Of a DNA stretch of 64,000 nt, positions 18,822 to 28,283 are shown piece by piece. Made by a program: the position numbers and the translations under genes. The notes below the pieces were generated by a model. It searched no databases. It saw nothing but the letters and a program-made list of their open reading frames with translations, and was not told the origin of the DNA. The number at the start of each line of letters is the position of its first letter. The first letter of the stretch is position 1. This stretch comes from Acidobacteriota bacterium (lineage in GTDB: Bacteria; Acidobacteriota; Thermoanaerobaculia; Multivoradales; J023): contig JAJCXR010000003.1 in assembly GCA_029263315.1 (NCBI GenBank), positions 64,615 through 128,614 on the forward strand, read 5' to 3'.

Positions 18822-19940
18822 GTGCCACCGACTCTCAACGCCTTGCTGAAGAGCATGGTCGAACAAGGGGGCTCCGACCTCCACATCACCATCTCGACAC
18901 CGCCACAAATCCGGGTCGATGGGCAGCTGAAGGCTCTCAACACGCCGCCCCTTTCGCCCACCGACACCAAACAGATCGCCTACTCGATCCTCACCGACAT
19001 TCAGAAACATCGCCTCGAAGAGGATCTGGAGCTCGATTTCTCGTTCGGCATCAAAGGCCTGTCGAGGTTCCGCGCCAACGTCTTCCACCAACGCGGCGCC
19101 GTGGCCGCCGTCTTCCGAACCATCCCTTACGAGATCAAGACCTTCCGCGATCTGGGTCTGCCGACGATCATCGAGAAGATCGCCGAGAAACCCAGGGGAT
19201 TGGTATTGGTGACCGGTCCCACCGGCTCCGGCAAATCCACCACTCTGGCGGCGATCATCGACAAGATCAACCGTGAGCGGCATGAGCACATCCTGACCAT
19301 CGAAGATCCGGTGGAGTATCTACATTCCCACCAAAACTGCCTGGTCAACCAACGGGAGCTGCACGCCGACACCCACAGCTTCACCTCGGCCCTACGCGCC
19401 GCCCTGCGCCAAGACCCTGATGTCGTGCTGATCGGTGAGATGCGCGATTTGGAGACGGTGGAGTCCGCCGTACGCATCGCCGAAACAGGTCACTTGACCT
19501 TCGGCACGTTGCACACCAATTCAGCGGCACAGACGATCAATCGCGTCATCGATGTCTTTCCGGCCCACCAGCAATCCCAAATCCGTGCCCAACTGTCGCT
19601 GGTGCTCGAAGGCATCATCTGCCAGGCCCTGTTACCGCGGGCCAACGGTAAAGGCCGAGCCCTGGCCATGGAGATCATGATCCCGAATTCCGGTATCCGC
19701 AATCTGATCCGTGAGGACAAAGTTCACCAGATCTACGGCATGATGCAGACGGGCCAGGCCAAATTCGGTATGCAGACGTTCAACCAAAGCCTGGCGGCCC
19801 TCTATTTCAAACGCCTGGTGACCCTGCAAATCGCCTTGGCCAGGTCATCGTATCCCGACGAGCTGCAAGAGCTCATTTCGCGCGGCCCGACCGCCTTGAA
19901 CCCCAACTTGAACGCTGGTGGTCCGCCGGCTAGGAGGTAG
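18822..19940 (+). CDS. pilT: Type IV pilus retraction ATPase
   Basis: GSDLHI…VDG, Walker A GPTGSGKST, Asp box, His box AHLTFGTLHT, and the PilT-specific AIRNLIRE motif. GTG start. Confidence 0.85.
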   Translation: MPPTLNALLKSMVEQGGSDLHITISTPPQIRVDGQLKALNTPPLSPTDTKQIAYSILTDIQKHRLEEDLELDFSFGIKGLSRFRANVFHQRGAVAAVFRTIPYEIKTFRDLGLPTIIEKIAEKPRGLVLVTGPTGSGKSTTLAAIIDKINRERHEHILTIEDPVEYLHSHQNCLVNQRELHADTHSFTSALRAALRQDPDVVLIGEMRDLETVESAVRIAETGHLTFGTLHTNSAAQTINRVIDVFPAHQQSQIRAQLSLVLEGIICQALLPRANGKGRALAMEIMIPNSGIRNLIREDKVHQIYGMMQTGQAKFGMQTFNQSLAALYFKRLVTLQIALARSSYPDELQELISRGPTALNPNLNAGGPPARR

Positions 19941-19943
19941 CAC

Positions 19944-21149
19944 GTGCCAAATTTCGCCTGGAAAGGACGCACCCGAACGGGCAAGATCGAAGAGGGGGTG
20001 CTCATCGCCGACACCAAGGACGCCGCCTCGGCGATCCTGCGGCGGCAGCAGATCCAAGTCACCTCGCTGCGCCCTAAAGAGGCCCGCATTCCGCTTTTGC
20101 CGAAGATCGGTGGCGGCATCAAGAGTGAGAAGGTGGCCATCTTCACCCGCCAGTTCTCGGTCATGCTCGACGCCGGTCTTCCCTTGGTGCAATGTCTCGA
20201 GATCCTCGGTGGCCAGGAAGAGCACAAGGTCTTCAAAGCCATTATCGATGCCGTACGCAGTGATGTCGAAAGCGGTAGCTCCCTAGCCGAAGCCATGCGG
20301 CGGCATCCCTCCGCCTTCGACAACCTCTATGTCAACATGATCGCCGCCGGAGAGGCGGGCGGTATTCTCGACATCATCCTGCAGCGTCTCTCCGGCTATA
20401 TCGAAAAAGCCGTCAAGCTGAAGAATCAGGTCAAGAGCGCCTTGATGTACCCGGTCTCGGTGATCCTCATCGCCAACGGTGTGTTGTTCATCATTCTGTG
20501 GAAGGTCATCCCGGTTTTTGAGCAGATGTTCGCCGGCATGGGGGCCCAGCTGCCCTACCTGACCCGCGTCGTGATCGACACCAGTGACTTCATCAACAGT
20601 TATGCCCTGTGGATCATCGGCTTACTCATCCTCGGCTCGGTGGCCTTGCGAGAGTGGCACAAGACCTATCGCGGGGCCCGCGTGCTGGATCGCCTGATGC
20701 TCAACATCCCGATCATCGGCGCCCTCCTCCTGAAGATCGCCGTGGCCCGCTTTTGCCGCACCCTGTCCACCTTGACCGCTTCGGGCGTGCCGATTCTCGA
20801 CGGCCTCGAAATCACCGCCAAGACCTCGGGCAATACGATCATCGAGGACGCGGTGATGGACGTTCGCAAGAGCGTTGAGGAAGGCAAGACGATCAGCGCT
20901 CCGTTGATCGAGACCAAGGTCTTTCCGCTGATGGTGTGCCAGATGATCAGTGTCGGCGAGCAGACCGGTGCCCTCGACCAAATGCTGTCGAAGATCGCCG
21001 ATTTCTACGAAGACGAGGTCGACACCGCCGTCAACGGTCTGATGAAGCTCATCGAGCCGCTGATGATCGTCTTTCTGGGCGGCATCATCGGCGTCATCGT
21101 GATCGCCATGTACCTGCCCATGTTCGCCATGTTCTCCAAGATCGGCTGA
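19944..21149 (+). CDS. pilC: Type IV pilus inner-membrane platform protein (GspF family)
   Basis: Two GspF repeats (…QFSVMLDAGLPLVQCL…, …FCRTLSTLTASGVPILDGL…), three transmembrane segments, about 400 aa. Confidence 0.85.
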   Translation: MPNFAWKGRTRTGKIEEGVLIADTKDAASAILRRQQIQVTSLRPKEARIPLLPKIGGGIKSEKVAIFTRQFSVMLDAGLPLVQCLEILGGQEEHKVFKAIIDAVRSDVESGSSLAEAMRRHPSAFDNLYVNMIAAGEAGGILDIILQRLSGYIEKAVKLKNQVKSALMYPVSVILIANGVLFIILWKVIPVFEQMFAGMGAQLPYLTRVVIDTSDFINSYALWIIGLLILGSVALREWHKTYRGARVLDRLMLNIPIIGALLLKIAVARFCRTLSTLTASGVPILDGLEITAKTSGNTIIEDAVMDVRKSVEEGKTISAPLIETKVFPLMVCQMISVGEQTGALDQMLSKIADFYEDEVDTAVNGLMKLIEPLMIVFLGGIIGVIVIAMYLPMFAMFSKIG

Positions 21150-21232
21150 GCCGACTACGGCCACCGACGATGGACGAGAAGGGCGCCATGGGGCGCCCTT
21201 CTGCGTTGGTGAGCAGCGCAAGGGGAAACTCC

Positions 21233-22876
21233 ATGCCGGAAATCCAGCGCAAGCTGCTTTGGTTGATCAGCATCCGGCTCCTGGTGGCCTCGGCCATTAT
21301 CGTGTCGTACTTGCTTTACGACCTTGGTCAATGGCGCAATCCGCAACTCCATTTCTTCACCGGTTTTGTCTGCTGCCAGACCCTGGTGGGCATTGCCCTG
21401 CTGGGGATCTTACGCAACCGGACGACGTTCCATGCTCATCTGCAACTGATTTCCGATTTGGTCTTGGTGACCCTGCTGCTGCACAGTTTCCAAGTCGCCG
21501 CCAGTTTTTCGACCCTCTACATCTTGGTCATCGCGGTGGCCGCCATCTACCTGTCACGCAACGAGGTCCTGTTCATCGCCGGCCTGGCCTACCTCTTCTA
21601 CGCCAGCGTGATTTCCGGTCTGGCCGGTTTCGTGATCAGCCATCGACCGATTCCGGAGCTGCCGAATCAACCCTTCGAGGCATTCCTGCTGGCCTACAAC
21701 TACGTCATGCATCTGCTGGCCTTCTACGGCGTCGCCATCCTGACGTCGTACTTAGCCCGCGACGCTGCCCGTTCGGCCGCCAAGCTGCGCAAGACGCATC
21801 TCGACCTGGCCAACCTGCAAAGCCTGCATTCCGACGTCATTCGGTCGATGTCGAGCGGTTTGATGATCCTCGACCTGGACGGCCATATCGTCAGCATCAA
21901 TCCCAGCGGTCAGGACATCCTCGGGGATCGTGAGCAGGACCTTCAAGGCGTTCGGATCACCGACAGCGGGCTCTTCGACGAGGACCAGTGGCGACAGCAG
22001 ATCGAGCATACGAGCAGCGGTCAGTTGCGCTCCGAGGTGCGGTGTCGGCGCAGCGACGGCCGGTCCATCGATGTCGGTTTCACCCTCACCCTACTGTATG
22101 ACGGCGAAGGTCGTCGGCAAGGCTACACCCTGCTGTTTCAAGATCTCACCGCCTGGCGCGCCTTGCAGGAACAGGTAAGAATTCACGATCGCATGGCCGC
22201 CCTCGGACAAATGGCCGCCGGGCTGGCCCACGAGGTGGGCAATCCGCTGGCGGCGATCTCCGGTTCCGTCGAAATGATGGCTCGCTCCTTCGGCGACGAA
22301 ACACCGCAACATCGCCTGCTGGCCATTACCCTGAAAGAAAGTCGTCGTCTCGATCGCACTGTCAAAGCCTTCCTGCAATTTGCCAAGCCCCACGAACGCC
22401 GCCCGGAGCGGGTCGATGTGGTCGCCCTCTTGGGGGGCGACTTGCAACTGTTGAGCAACAGCGAAGACATCCTGCCGAATCACGTCATCGAGAAAGATCT
22501 GGAACCTGCCATCATCTATGCGGATCGTGATCAACTGGGGCAGATCTTTTGGAACTTGGCCCGCAACGCCCTGAGGGCCATGCCGGAGGGCGGTACATTC
22601 AAGCTGATCGGCAGGCAAATGGACAGTGGTTATGAGATCTGTTTCAGCGATACTGGGAAAGGTATGACCAGCGAAGAAAAAGCCGCCCTGTTTCACCCCT
22701 TCAAATCGTTTTTCGACCGCGGCCTCGGCCTCGGCATGGCGATCGTCTATCGGGTCGTCGAAGAGCATGGTGGCGAGATCCGGGTCGACAGCACGCCCGG
22801 AGAAGGTAGCCAAATCTATGTCTACCTCCCCAATCAGCCCATCCATCATCGCCTACAGGAGGCACCCATCGTATGA
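21233..22876 (+). CDS. pilS: PilS-like sensor histidine kinase (six-TM sensor, PAS, HisKA, HATPase)
   Basis: N-terminal polytopic domain. H-box MAALGQMAAGLAHEVGNPL. N/G boxes (NLARNALRAM, GKGM…LGLGMAIV). Start at ATG 21233 with SD aagggga; the track ORF from 20936 is over-extended. Confidence 0.75.
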   Translation: MPEIQRKLLWLISIRLLVASAIIVSYLLYDLGQWRNPQLHFFTGFVCCQTLVGIALLGILRNRTTFHAHLQLISDLVLVTLLLHSFQVAASFSTLYILVIAVAAIYLSRNEVLFIAGLAYLFYASVISGLAGFVISHRPIPELPNQPFEAFLLAYNYVMHLLAFYGVAILTSYLARDAARSAAKLRKTHLDLANLQSLHSDVIRSMSSGLMILDLDGHIVSINPSGQDILGDREQDLQGVRITDSGLFDEDQWRQQIEHTSSGQLRSEVRCRRSDGRSIDVGFTLTLLYDGEGRRQGYTLLFQDLTAWRALQEQVRIHDRMAALGQMAAGLAHEVGNPLAAISGSVEMMARSFGDETPQHRLLAITLKESRRLDRTVKAFLQFAKPHERRPERVDVVALLGGDLQLLSNSEDILPNHVIEKDLEPAIIYADRDQLGQIFWNLARNALRAMPEGGTFKLIGRQMDSGYEICFSDTGKGMTSEEKAALFHPFKSFFDRGLGLGMAIVYRVVEEHGGEIRVDSTPGEGSQIYVYLPNQPIHHRLQEAPIV

Positions 22877-24342
22877 GCTCCCGAGTGTTGGTGGTCGACG
22901 ACGAGCAAAGCCTGCTGGAGTTCCTGCTGCTCTTTTTCCAGAGCGAAGGCTACGAAACCGAGGTCGCCCAGTCCGTAGAAGAGGCCCGCGAAGCCCTTGC
23001 CAAGAAGCGCTTCGATCTTGTTTTCAGCGACATCATGATGCCGGACGGCAATGGCCTCGACCTGTTGCGGGACATCAAGGCCACCCATCCGCAGACCTCG
23101 GTGATCATGATGACCGCCTACACCTCGAGCAAATCGGCTGTCGAAGCCATGAAGATGGGCGCCTACAACTACGTCTCCAAGCCCTTCAATCTCGACGAGC
23201 TCAAGGCGCTGGCGGCCGGCGCCCTCGAAAAGACGTCGCTCGAAGAGGAGAACATCTACCTACGGCGCGAGCTGGAGCAGAAATATCAGTTCTCCAACAT
23301 CATCGGCCGCAGCCCCAAAATGGTACAGGTCTTCTCGCTCATCGAGCGGGTGGCCAAGACCTCATCGACGGTCATGATCCACGGCGAGAGCGGCACCGGC
23401 AAAGAGCTCATCGCCCGCGCCGTCCATTTCACCGGCTCCCGCTCCAAGCACCGCTTCCTCTCCGTCAACTGTGGCGCCATGCCGGAAAACCTTCTCGAGA
23501 GCGAGCTCTTTGGGCACGAGAAGGGCGCCTTCACGGGCGCCGTGCGCGAGAAGAAGGGCCTCTTCCAGGAGGCTCACGAAGGCACCCTCTTTCTCGACGA
23601 AATCAGCGAAATGACCCCGACCATGCAGGTCAAATTGCTGCGCGCCCTACAGGAACGGCGCATCCGGCGGGTCGGCGGTAACGTCGAGGAAGCGGTGGAC
23701 GTGCGAATCATCGCCGCCACCAACCGTGACCTGCAGGAAGCCATCGCCCAAGGTAGCTTCCGAGAGGACCTCTTCTACCGCATCAATGTCATTCCGGTGC
23801 ATTTGCCGCCCCTGCGGCATCGCCGCGAGGACATTCCCCTGTTGGCGGAGTTCTTCATCAAGAAGTTCAGTGCCGAGATGGAAATCGACCGTCCCGACAT
23901 CTCATTGGAAGTCCTCGAAACCTTGGAGAGCTACCATTGGCCCGGCAATGTGCGGGAGCTCGAAAACACCATCGAGCGCCTATTGGCCCTCAGCACCCAG
24001 AGCCTGATCACCACCGCGGACTTGCCATCCAACATCCGTTTCTGCCAGCCGCAGGGCCCACAAGGCATTGATCTACCGCCGGAAGGTCTCGACCTGGAGT
24101 CCCATCTCGATCAAATTCGGCTGCAGCTCATGGAGCAGGCTTTGGACCGCTGCGACGGTGTCCAAACCCAGGCCGCCGACATGCTGAAGATGTCCTTCCG
24201 CTCGTTCCGCTACTACGCTAAAAAGCTCGGGTTGACCGGCACCGGCTCCGAGGAAGCAACGCGTCCCATCGCCCGCCTCGAAGACGGGGCCGACGGTAAC
24301 CCAGGGGGCGACTCCGCCTGGCCGCCGCAAAACGACGGCTAG
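22873..24342 (+). CDS. pilR: Sigma-54-dependent response regulator (NtrC family)
   Basis: Receiver domain (DD…D54…K). AAA+ domain GESGTGKE with the GAFTGA motif. C-terminal HTH. ATGA overlap with pilS. Confidence 0.85.
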   Translation: MSSRVLVVDDEQSLLEFLLLFFQSEGYETEVAQSVEEAREALAKKRFDLVFSDIMMPDGNGLDLLRDIKATHPQTSVIMMTAYTSSKSAVEAMKMGAYNYVSKPFNLDELKALAAGALEKTSLEEENIYLRRELEQKYQFSNIIGRSPKMVQVFSLIERVAKTSSTVMIHGESGTGKELIARAVHFTGSRSKHRFLSVNCGAMPENLLESELFGHEKGAFTGAVREKKGLFQEAHEGTLFLDEISEMTPTMQVKLLRALQERRIRRVGGNVEEAVDVRIIAATNRDLQEAIAQGSFREDLFYRINVIPVHLPPLRHRREDIPLLAEFFIKKFSAEMEIDRPDISLEVLETLESYHWPGNVRELENTIERLLALSTQSLITTADLPSNIRFCQPQGPQGIDLPPEGLDLESHLDQIRLQLMEQALDRCDGVQTQAADMLKMSFRSFRYYAKKLGLTGTGSEEATRPIARLEDGADGNPGGDSAWPPQNDG

Positions 24343-24734
24343 TCGGAAGACGAGGAGGTCGACCCCTTGGTGCTCGATGTCTTGTCCGCTCCCTTGGAAA
24401 CCTTGCTGGAGCTCCCGTCCTTGCTGGAGCCACCGGCATCGGAGGAAGCGGACGATTCGCTGGACGACGAAGCGCTGCTGCTGTCCGAGTCGCCCTTGGA
24501 AGCCGGCTTGTCGGACGACGATCCGTCGCCCTTGGACTCCCCCTTGCCTTCGTTCTTGCGGGCATAGTCGGTGACATACCAACCGCTACCCTTGAACTGG
24601 AAGGCGGGTGCCGACAGCAGCTTCTTGAGCTCACCGCCACAGCGCTCACAGCGGGTCAACGGATCGTCGGACATGCGTTGCAGCACTTCGCTGCGGTGCT
24701 CACACTGTAGACATTGGTATTCGTAGATCGGCAT
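24339..24734 (-). CDS. FmdB-family zinc-ribbon regulatory protein with Ser/Gly/Lys-rich C-terminal tail
   Basis: MPIYEYQCLQCEHRSEV…CERCGG is the FmdB CxxC…CxxC signature. Start at ATG 24734; the track ORF to 24836 is over-extended. Confidence 0.75.
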   Translation of the reverse strand: MPIYEYQCLQCEHRSEVLQRMSDDPLTRCERCGGELKKLLSAPAFQFKGSGWYVTDYARKNEGKGESKGDGSSSDKPASKGDSDSSSASSSSESSASSDAGGSSKDGSSSKVSKGADKTSSTKGSTSSSSD

Positions 24735-24848
24735 AACTATGATCTCCAGGCGCCCGGGGGTAGTCGAGGGGCGCCTCTGCGGACTGCGATGATGTGGACA
24801 ACAGCGACGCCACCGCCACTGACCCGGTAGGAGCAAACGGCGGCGTGC

Positions 24849-25583
24849 CTACGTCTGTTGGTTGGGCTCCTCGACCTCTTCGATCAGCCGAAGGATGCGA
24901 TAAGCATAAAGCAATCGCGCATTCTCGGAAACACTATAGGGTCCCAAGGTGCAGGTATCGAAAAGAGATCGCTTTCCGTCCACCAGACGGAGGAGATCAA
25001 ATTGCTCGCGGTTGAGGGCCAGCTCGATCAGGTCTTCGGTGCAATACGACGCTGCGAGCACCGTCGACTTCTTTCCCAGGCGTGCCACCAGGGCTTTGGT
25101 ATCCGGCACTTCCTTGATGCCGCGGAGAATCGCCTGCCGTACCGGTAGGTGAATCCGCACCATTTGCGGCTCATAGAGCTCACCGATCTTGAAGCTGACA
25201 TTGCCCCGCTGCCAGGAAAAGACGCTCCACACGATGGCTTCCATATGGCTGCGAATTGCCGTATACATATCAGCCGGTGCCAGAACGCCCTTTTCGATCA
25301 ACAGCTGTCCGTATTTCTTGTCCGACCCTTCCCGCTGTCGCATGGTCTCGACGAGATCTTTGCGCGATAGGTCACCGATGCGGTAGAGGTACGGGCCCAA
25401 GCGGTCCGTGCGATCATTGGAGGCGGCGTGGATGATGTTACCGTCACTGATGAAAATGCGCTTGCAGACACCTTCTCTCTCGATCTCGAACAAACCCGGC
25501 ACCTTGTGACGATCGATATTGGCGAACATCTCCGGCAAGGCCATGTCTTCAAGGGATTCTCGGAATTGAAACGTCTTGACCAT
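24849..25583 (-). CDS. DUF4388 (PATAN-domain) protein
   Basis: N-terminal SLEDMALPEMFANIDRHKVPGLFEIEREG matches the DUF4388/PATAN N-terminal consensus. Confidence 0.5.
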   Translation of the reverse strand: MVKTFQFRESLEDMALPEMFANIDRHKVPGLFEIEREGVCKRIFISDGNIIHAASNDRTDRLGPYLYRIGDLSRKDLVETMRQREGSDKKYGQLLIEKGVLAPADMYTAIRSHMEAIVWSVFSWQRGNVSFKIGELYEPQMVRIHLPVRQAILRGIKEVPDTKALVARLGKKSTVLAASYCTEDLIELALNREQFDLLRLVDGKRSLFDTCTLGPYSVSENARLLYAYRILRLIEEVEEPNQQT

Positions 25584-25723
25584 AGGTTTGCAATCTACCA
25601 GAGCGCTTCACGTCGATCCACCATCGGCCCGAGCCTGGAAAATATGTGCCACTGAGTAGCGTAGTATGGGACCTAGCCTGCACCGCCATCGACTGGACCC
25701 CGGCCCCCCTGGAGACCTGCCCC

Positions 25724-26956
25724 ATGTTGACCCCAGAAGCCGCCTGGAACAGAATTTCGGCTGAAATCGAACCCTTGCCCGTCCGCGATACCCCCCGCCA
25801 AGAGGCGGTTGGCCATTGCCTGGCGCGGGACTTGGTCGCCACCGTCGACATGCCACCGGCCGATGTCTCGGCGATGGACGGGTATGCCCTGCATGGGGAG
25901 GTGGCGACGGGCAGTCTCTTACCGGTCGCGATGACCGTAGCGGCGGGGAAACCAAGCCCTGCCACGTTGCGGCCGGGGCAAGCCGCCAAGATCATGACCG
26001 GCGCCGTGGTGCCGGAAGGCGCCGACCGTGTCATAGCCATCGAGCGAACCGACGGCGGGGTGCAGCGGGTACAATTAGATGGCCCGGCCCCCGAAGGGCA
26101 ACATATCCGGCGGGCCGGTGAAGTGGTAAAAACGGGGCAACCGCTGCTCAACAGCGGCACGGCTTTGACCCCGGGGGCCATTTCCCTGCTGGCCTCCCAT
26201 GGTTACGCCTCGGTCCCCACCCACCGTCTGCCCCGGGTCGCCGTCCTGGCCACCGGCGACGAAGTCGTGCCACCGGAGTCGGAGCCCTTGGCCGGTCAGC
26301 TACGCAACTCCAATGGCCCTTTCCTGCTCGCCGCCGGTCGCACCCTGGGGCTCGACTTTCATTCCCTGGGCATCGCCCCGGATAGCGTGACCGGCCTACG
26401 TCACAAGGTGAGCGAAGGTCTACAGCATGACCTGACCCTACTCTGCGGTGGTGTCTCCATGGGGGATTTCGATTTCGGCGAGCAAGTCCTGGCCGAGCTT
26501 GGCTGCGACATCCTCTTCGACAAAGTCGCCCTGCAACCGGGCAAACCCCTGGTCGCCGCCCGGCATCGTGATAGCGGGCACTGGGTCTTGGGGTTGCCGG
26601 GTAATCCGGCCTCGGTGATGGTGACGTTCTGGCTCTTCGCCCGTCCCCTGTTGCGCCGCCTGCAGGGGCGGCGCGACAGCTTCTGGCAAGGCGCTCTGAC
26701 AGCTCGCCTCGATGCCCCGTTACCCGTCGGTAAGGACCGTGACCGTTTCCTCGCCGCCGAGGTGCGGGCCGTCGACGGGGCCTTGAGCGTCACACCCCAA
26801 CCTCCTCGGGGATCCCATGACGTGGTGTCCTACTCCCAGGGCAGCGCCCTGGTACGCATCCGACCCCACGCCGACGCCAGCAAGATCGGAGATCCATGCG
26901 AGATCCTTCCCCTGGCGGACTGGTGGCTACCCGAGGGTCCCCGCGGACCGTCGTGA
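25724..26956 (+). CDS. moeA: Molybdopterin molybdenumtransferase
   Basis: Typical MoeA layout: …SAMDGYA… then the MoCF biosynthesis domain (GGVSMGDFD, GLPGNP). Start at ATG 25724. Confidence 0.8.
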   Translation: MLTPEAAWNRISAEIEPLPVRDTPRQEAVGHCLARDLVATVDMPPADVSAMDGYALHGEVATGSLLPVAMTVAAGKPSPATLRPGQAAKIMTGAVVPEGADRVIAIERTDGGVQRVQLDGPAPEGQHIRRAGEVVKTGQPLLNSGTALTPGAISLLASHGYASVPTHRLPRVAVLATGDEVVPPESEPLAGQLRNSNGPFLLAAGRTLGLDFHSLGIAPDSVTGLRHKVSEGLQHDLTLLCGGVSMGDFDFGEQVLAELGCDILFDKVALQPGKPLVAARHRDSGHWVLGLPGNPASVMVTFWLFARPLLRRLQGRRDSFWQGALTARLDAPLPVGKDRDRFLAAEVRAVDGALSVTPQPPRGSHDVVSYSQGSALVRIRPHADASKIGDPCEILPLADWWLPEGPRGPS

Positions 26957-27065
26957 AGCGAGACGGCGGGCAGCCGCGTGGCGCTTGTCCCGGGACAGTC
27001 GCCGATCGGCGCGAGAGACTTCCGAGTGTTTCCAAGGCACAGTCTTTCCCGGGCACGGGAATTCC

Positions 27066-27118
27066 AGGGCTCGGTATTTCGAGGGGCGCGGTATTTCGAG
27101 GGCGCGGTATTTCGAAAG
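27066..27118. repeat. Three tandem copies of about 17 bp (gcgcggtatttcgaggg) in the moeA-FGE intergenic region
   Basis: Direct reading: ggctcggtatttcgaggg / gcgcggtatttcgaggg / cgcggtatttcgaaagc. Confidence 0.7.
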
Positions 27119-27158
27119 CAAAAAAAGAGCCTGCCCCACCTTGCGGCACGACAGGCAT
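27119..27158 (-). terminator. Rho-independent terminator, minus-strand orientation (hairpin gcctgtcgtgccgcaaggtggggcaggc followed by TCTTTTTTT on the minus strand)
   Basis: Plus strand reads aaaaaaagagcctgccccaccttgcggcacgacaggc, a GC-rich stem with an A-run 5' on plus, which is a T-run 3' on minus. Confidence 0.55.
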
Positions 27159-27577
27159 CCGGAGACTCAGCGTCTCAAGCTTTCCAATCCGAGGGGCTAG
27201 GCCCGTCTGAGGAGGAGATCTTGGACGTCGGGAGGGAACCCGTTGATCCATCGGCTTCGGCTCGGGCAGGTCAGGGAGTCCTGCGCTAGCCATGGAAGCT
27301 CAGATCAGCACCTCAGCTCGGTTTGGGACGCTTGCGCTAGTTTTCTACTTTAGCAATCTGCGTACCAACCGTGGCAAAACACGTTTGGCGAAGGCCGATC
27401 GCTAGAAACCCTTGAGGCAAGCGCTCCAAGCCCTTGGCATGGAAGTTGAGCCGAGAGAATGAGTATAGACAATTTCTCAAAGGTGATAAAGAACTTTCTC
27501 AGCCTTGAGAATCAATTTTCCGATTCGGCACGGCGAAAACAGAGTTTTATACTCTTCCGCCCATAATTTTCTGATGA

Positions 27578-28264
27578 TCAGAACCGGTCGATGTCGCAGG
27601 CGAGGCGGAATCCGTAATCGCTGTATTGAAAGTGCGGAGGAATTGACGAACGGGCCGCACAGCGGCTGACCTTGATCTTGTGCCGCCATGCACCGCCCCG
27701 GGAGGCCCGCCGACGGCCCTCATCGGGCCCCCTTGGGTTGTCCGCTGGCGACGAAGCGTAGTAGTCGGCGTCATACCAATCGAGGCACCACTCGTGGACA
27801 TTTTCGCCTAGACCCAGGAACCCCAGGGGATGCAGCGAAGGATAAAGATCCACCGGCTCGGGGCCCTGCAACCAGCGTCGTTTGTAATCGGGTAGCGTTT
27901 CCGGTGCTGCGTCGCCCCACGGATAAAGGACCTCACGCCCCGCCTTGGCGGCGTACTCCCACTCCGCCTCACTGGGCAGCCGGACCGGTAGGCCCCAGCG
28001 CTCTCCGACCCATCGGCAATAGAGGACGGCGTCGTCCCAGGACGGTCCCACCGCCGGCCTGCGGGGGTGGCTCAGCTCCTCGTCCTGCCAAAAGGAAGGT
28101 GCCGGATGCCCGGTGTCATCGAGAAAGGCCTGATAGTCCTGACGGACCACTTGACTGCGGGCGAGACGAAAGGCATCGACACGGACGTGATGGCGTGGAT
28201 TCTCATTGCTGCGGGGGCCACCCCCCATCCAGAATCCACCGCCCGGTAAGTCGATCCAGTCCAT
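27578..28264 (-). CDS. Formylglycine-generating enzyme (FGE/SUMF1/EgtB/PvdO) family protein
   Basis: …GLPVRLPSEAEWEYAA…ENVHEWCLDWY…SRGGAWRH…DYGFRLA is the FGE-sulfatase fold signature. Confidence 0.75.
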   Translation of the reverse strand: MDWIDLPGGGFWMGGGPRSNENPRHHVRVDAFRLARSQVVRQDYQAFLDDTGHPAPSFWQDEELSHPRRPAVGPSWDDAVLYCRWVGERWGLPVRLPSEAEWEYAAKAGREVLYPWGDAAPETLPDYKRRWLQGPEPVDLYPSLHPLGFLGLGENVHEWCLDWYDADYYASSPADNPRGPDEGRRRASRGGAWRHKIKVSRCAARSSIPPHFQYSDYGFRLACDIDRF

Positions 28265-28283
28265 GCCGAACGAGCCGTCCCGG

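Noticed and set aside
20936-21232. Upstream extension of pilS (track ORF starts at 20936)
   Set aside because: The extension overlaps pilC and translates to an Arg/His-rich low-complexity sequence. ATG 21233 has a good SD and begins the first transmembrane helix.
26817-27293. Cluster of overlapping 70-130-aa ORFs on both strands after moeA
   Set aside because: Mutually overlapping, Arg-rich and repeat-derived (SKYRALE x2 from the 17-bp tandem repeat), with no RBS. The region is treated as non-coding with a terminator.
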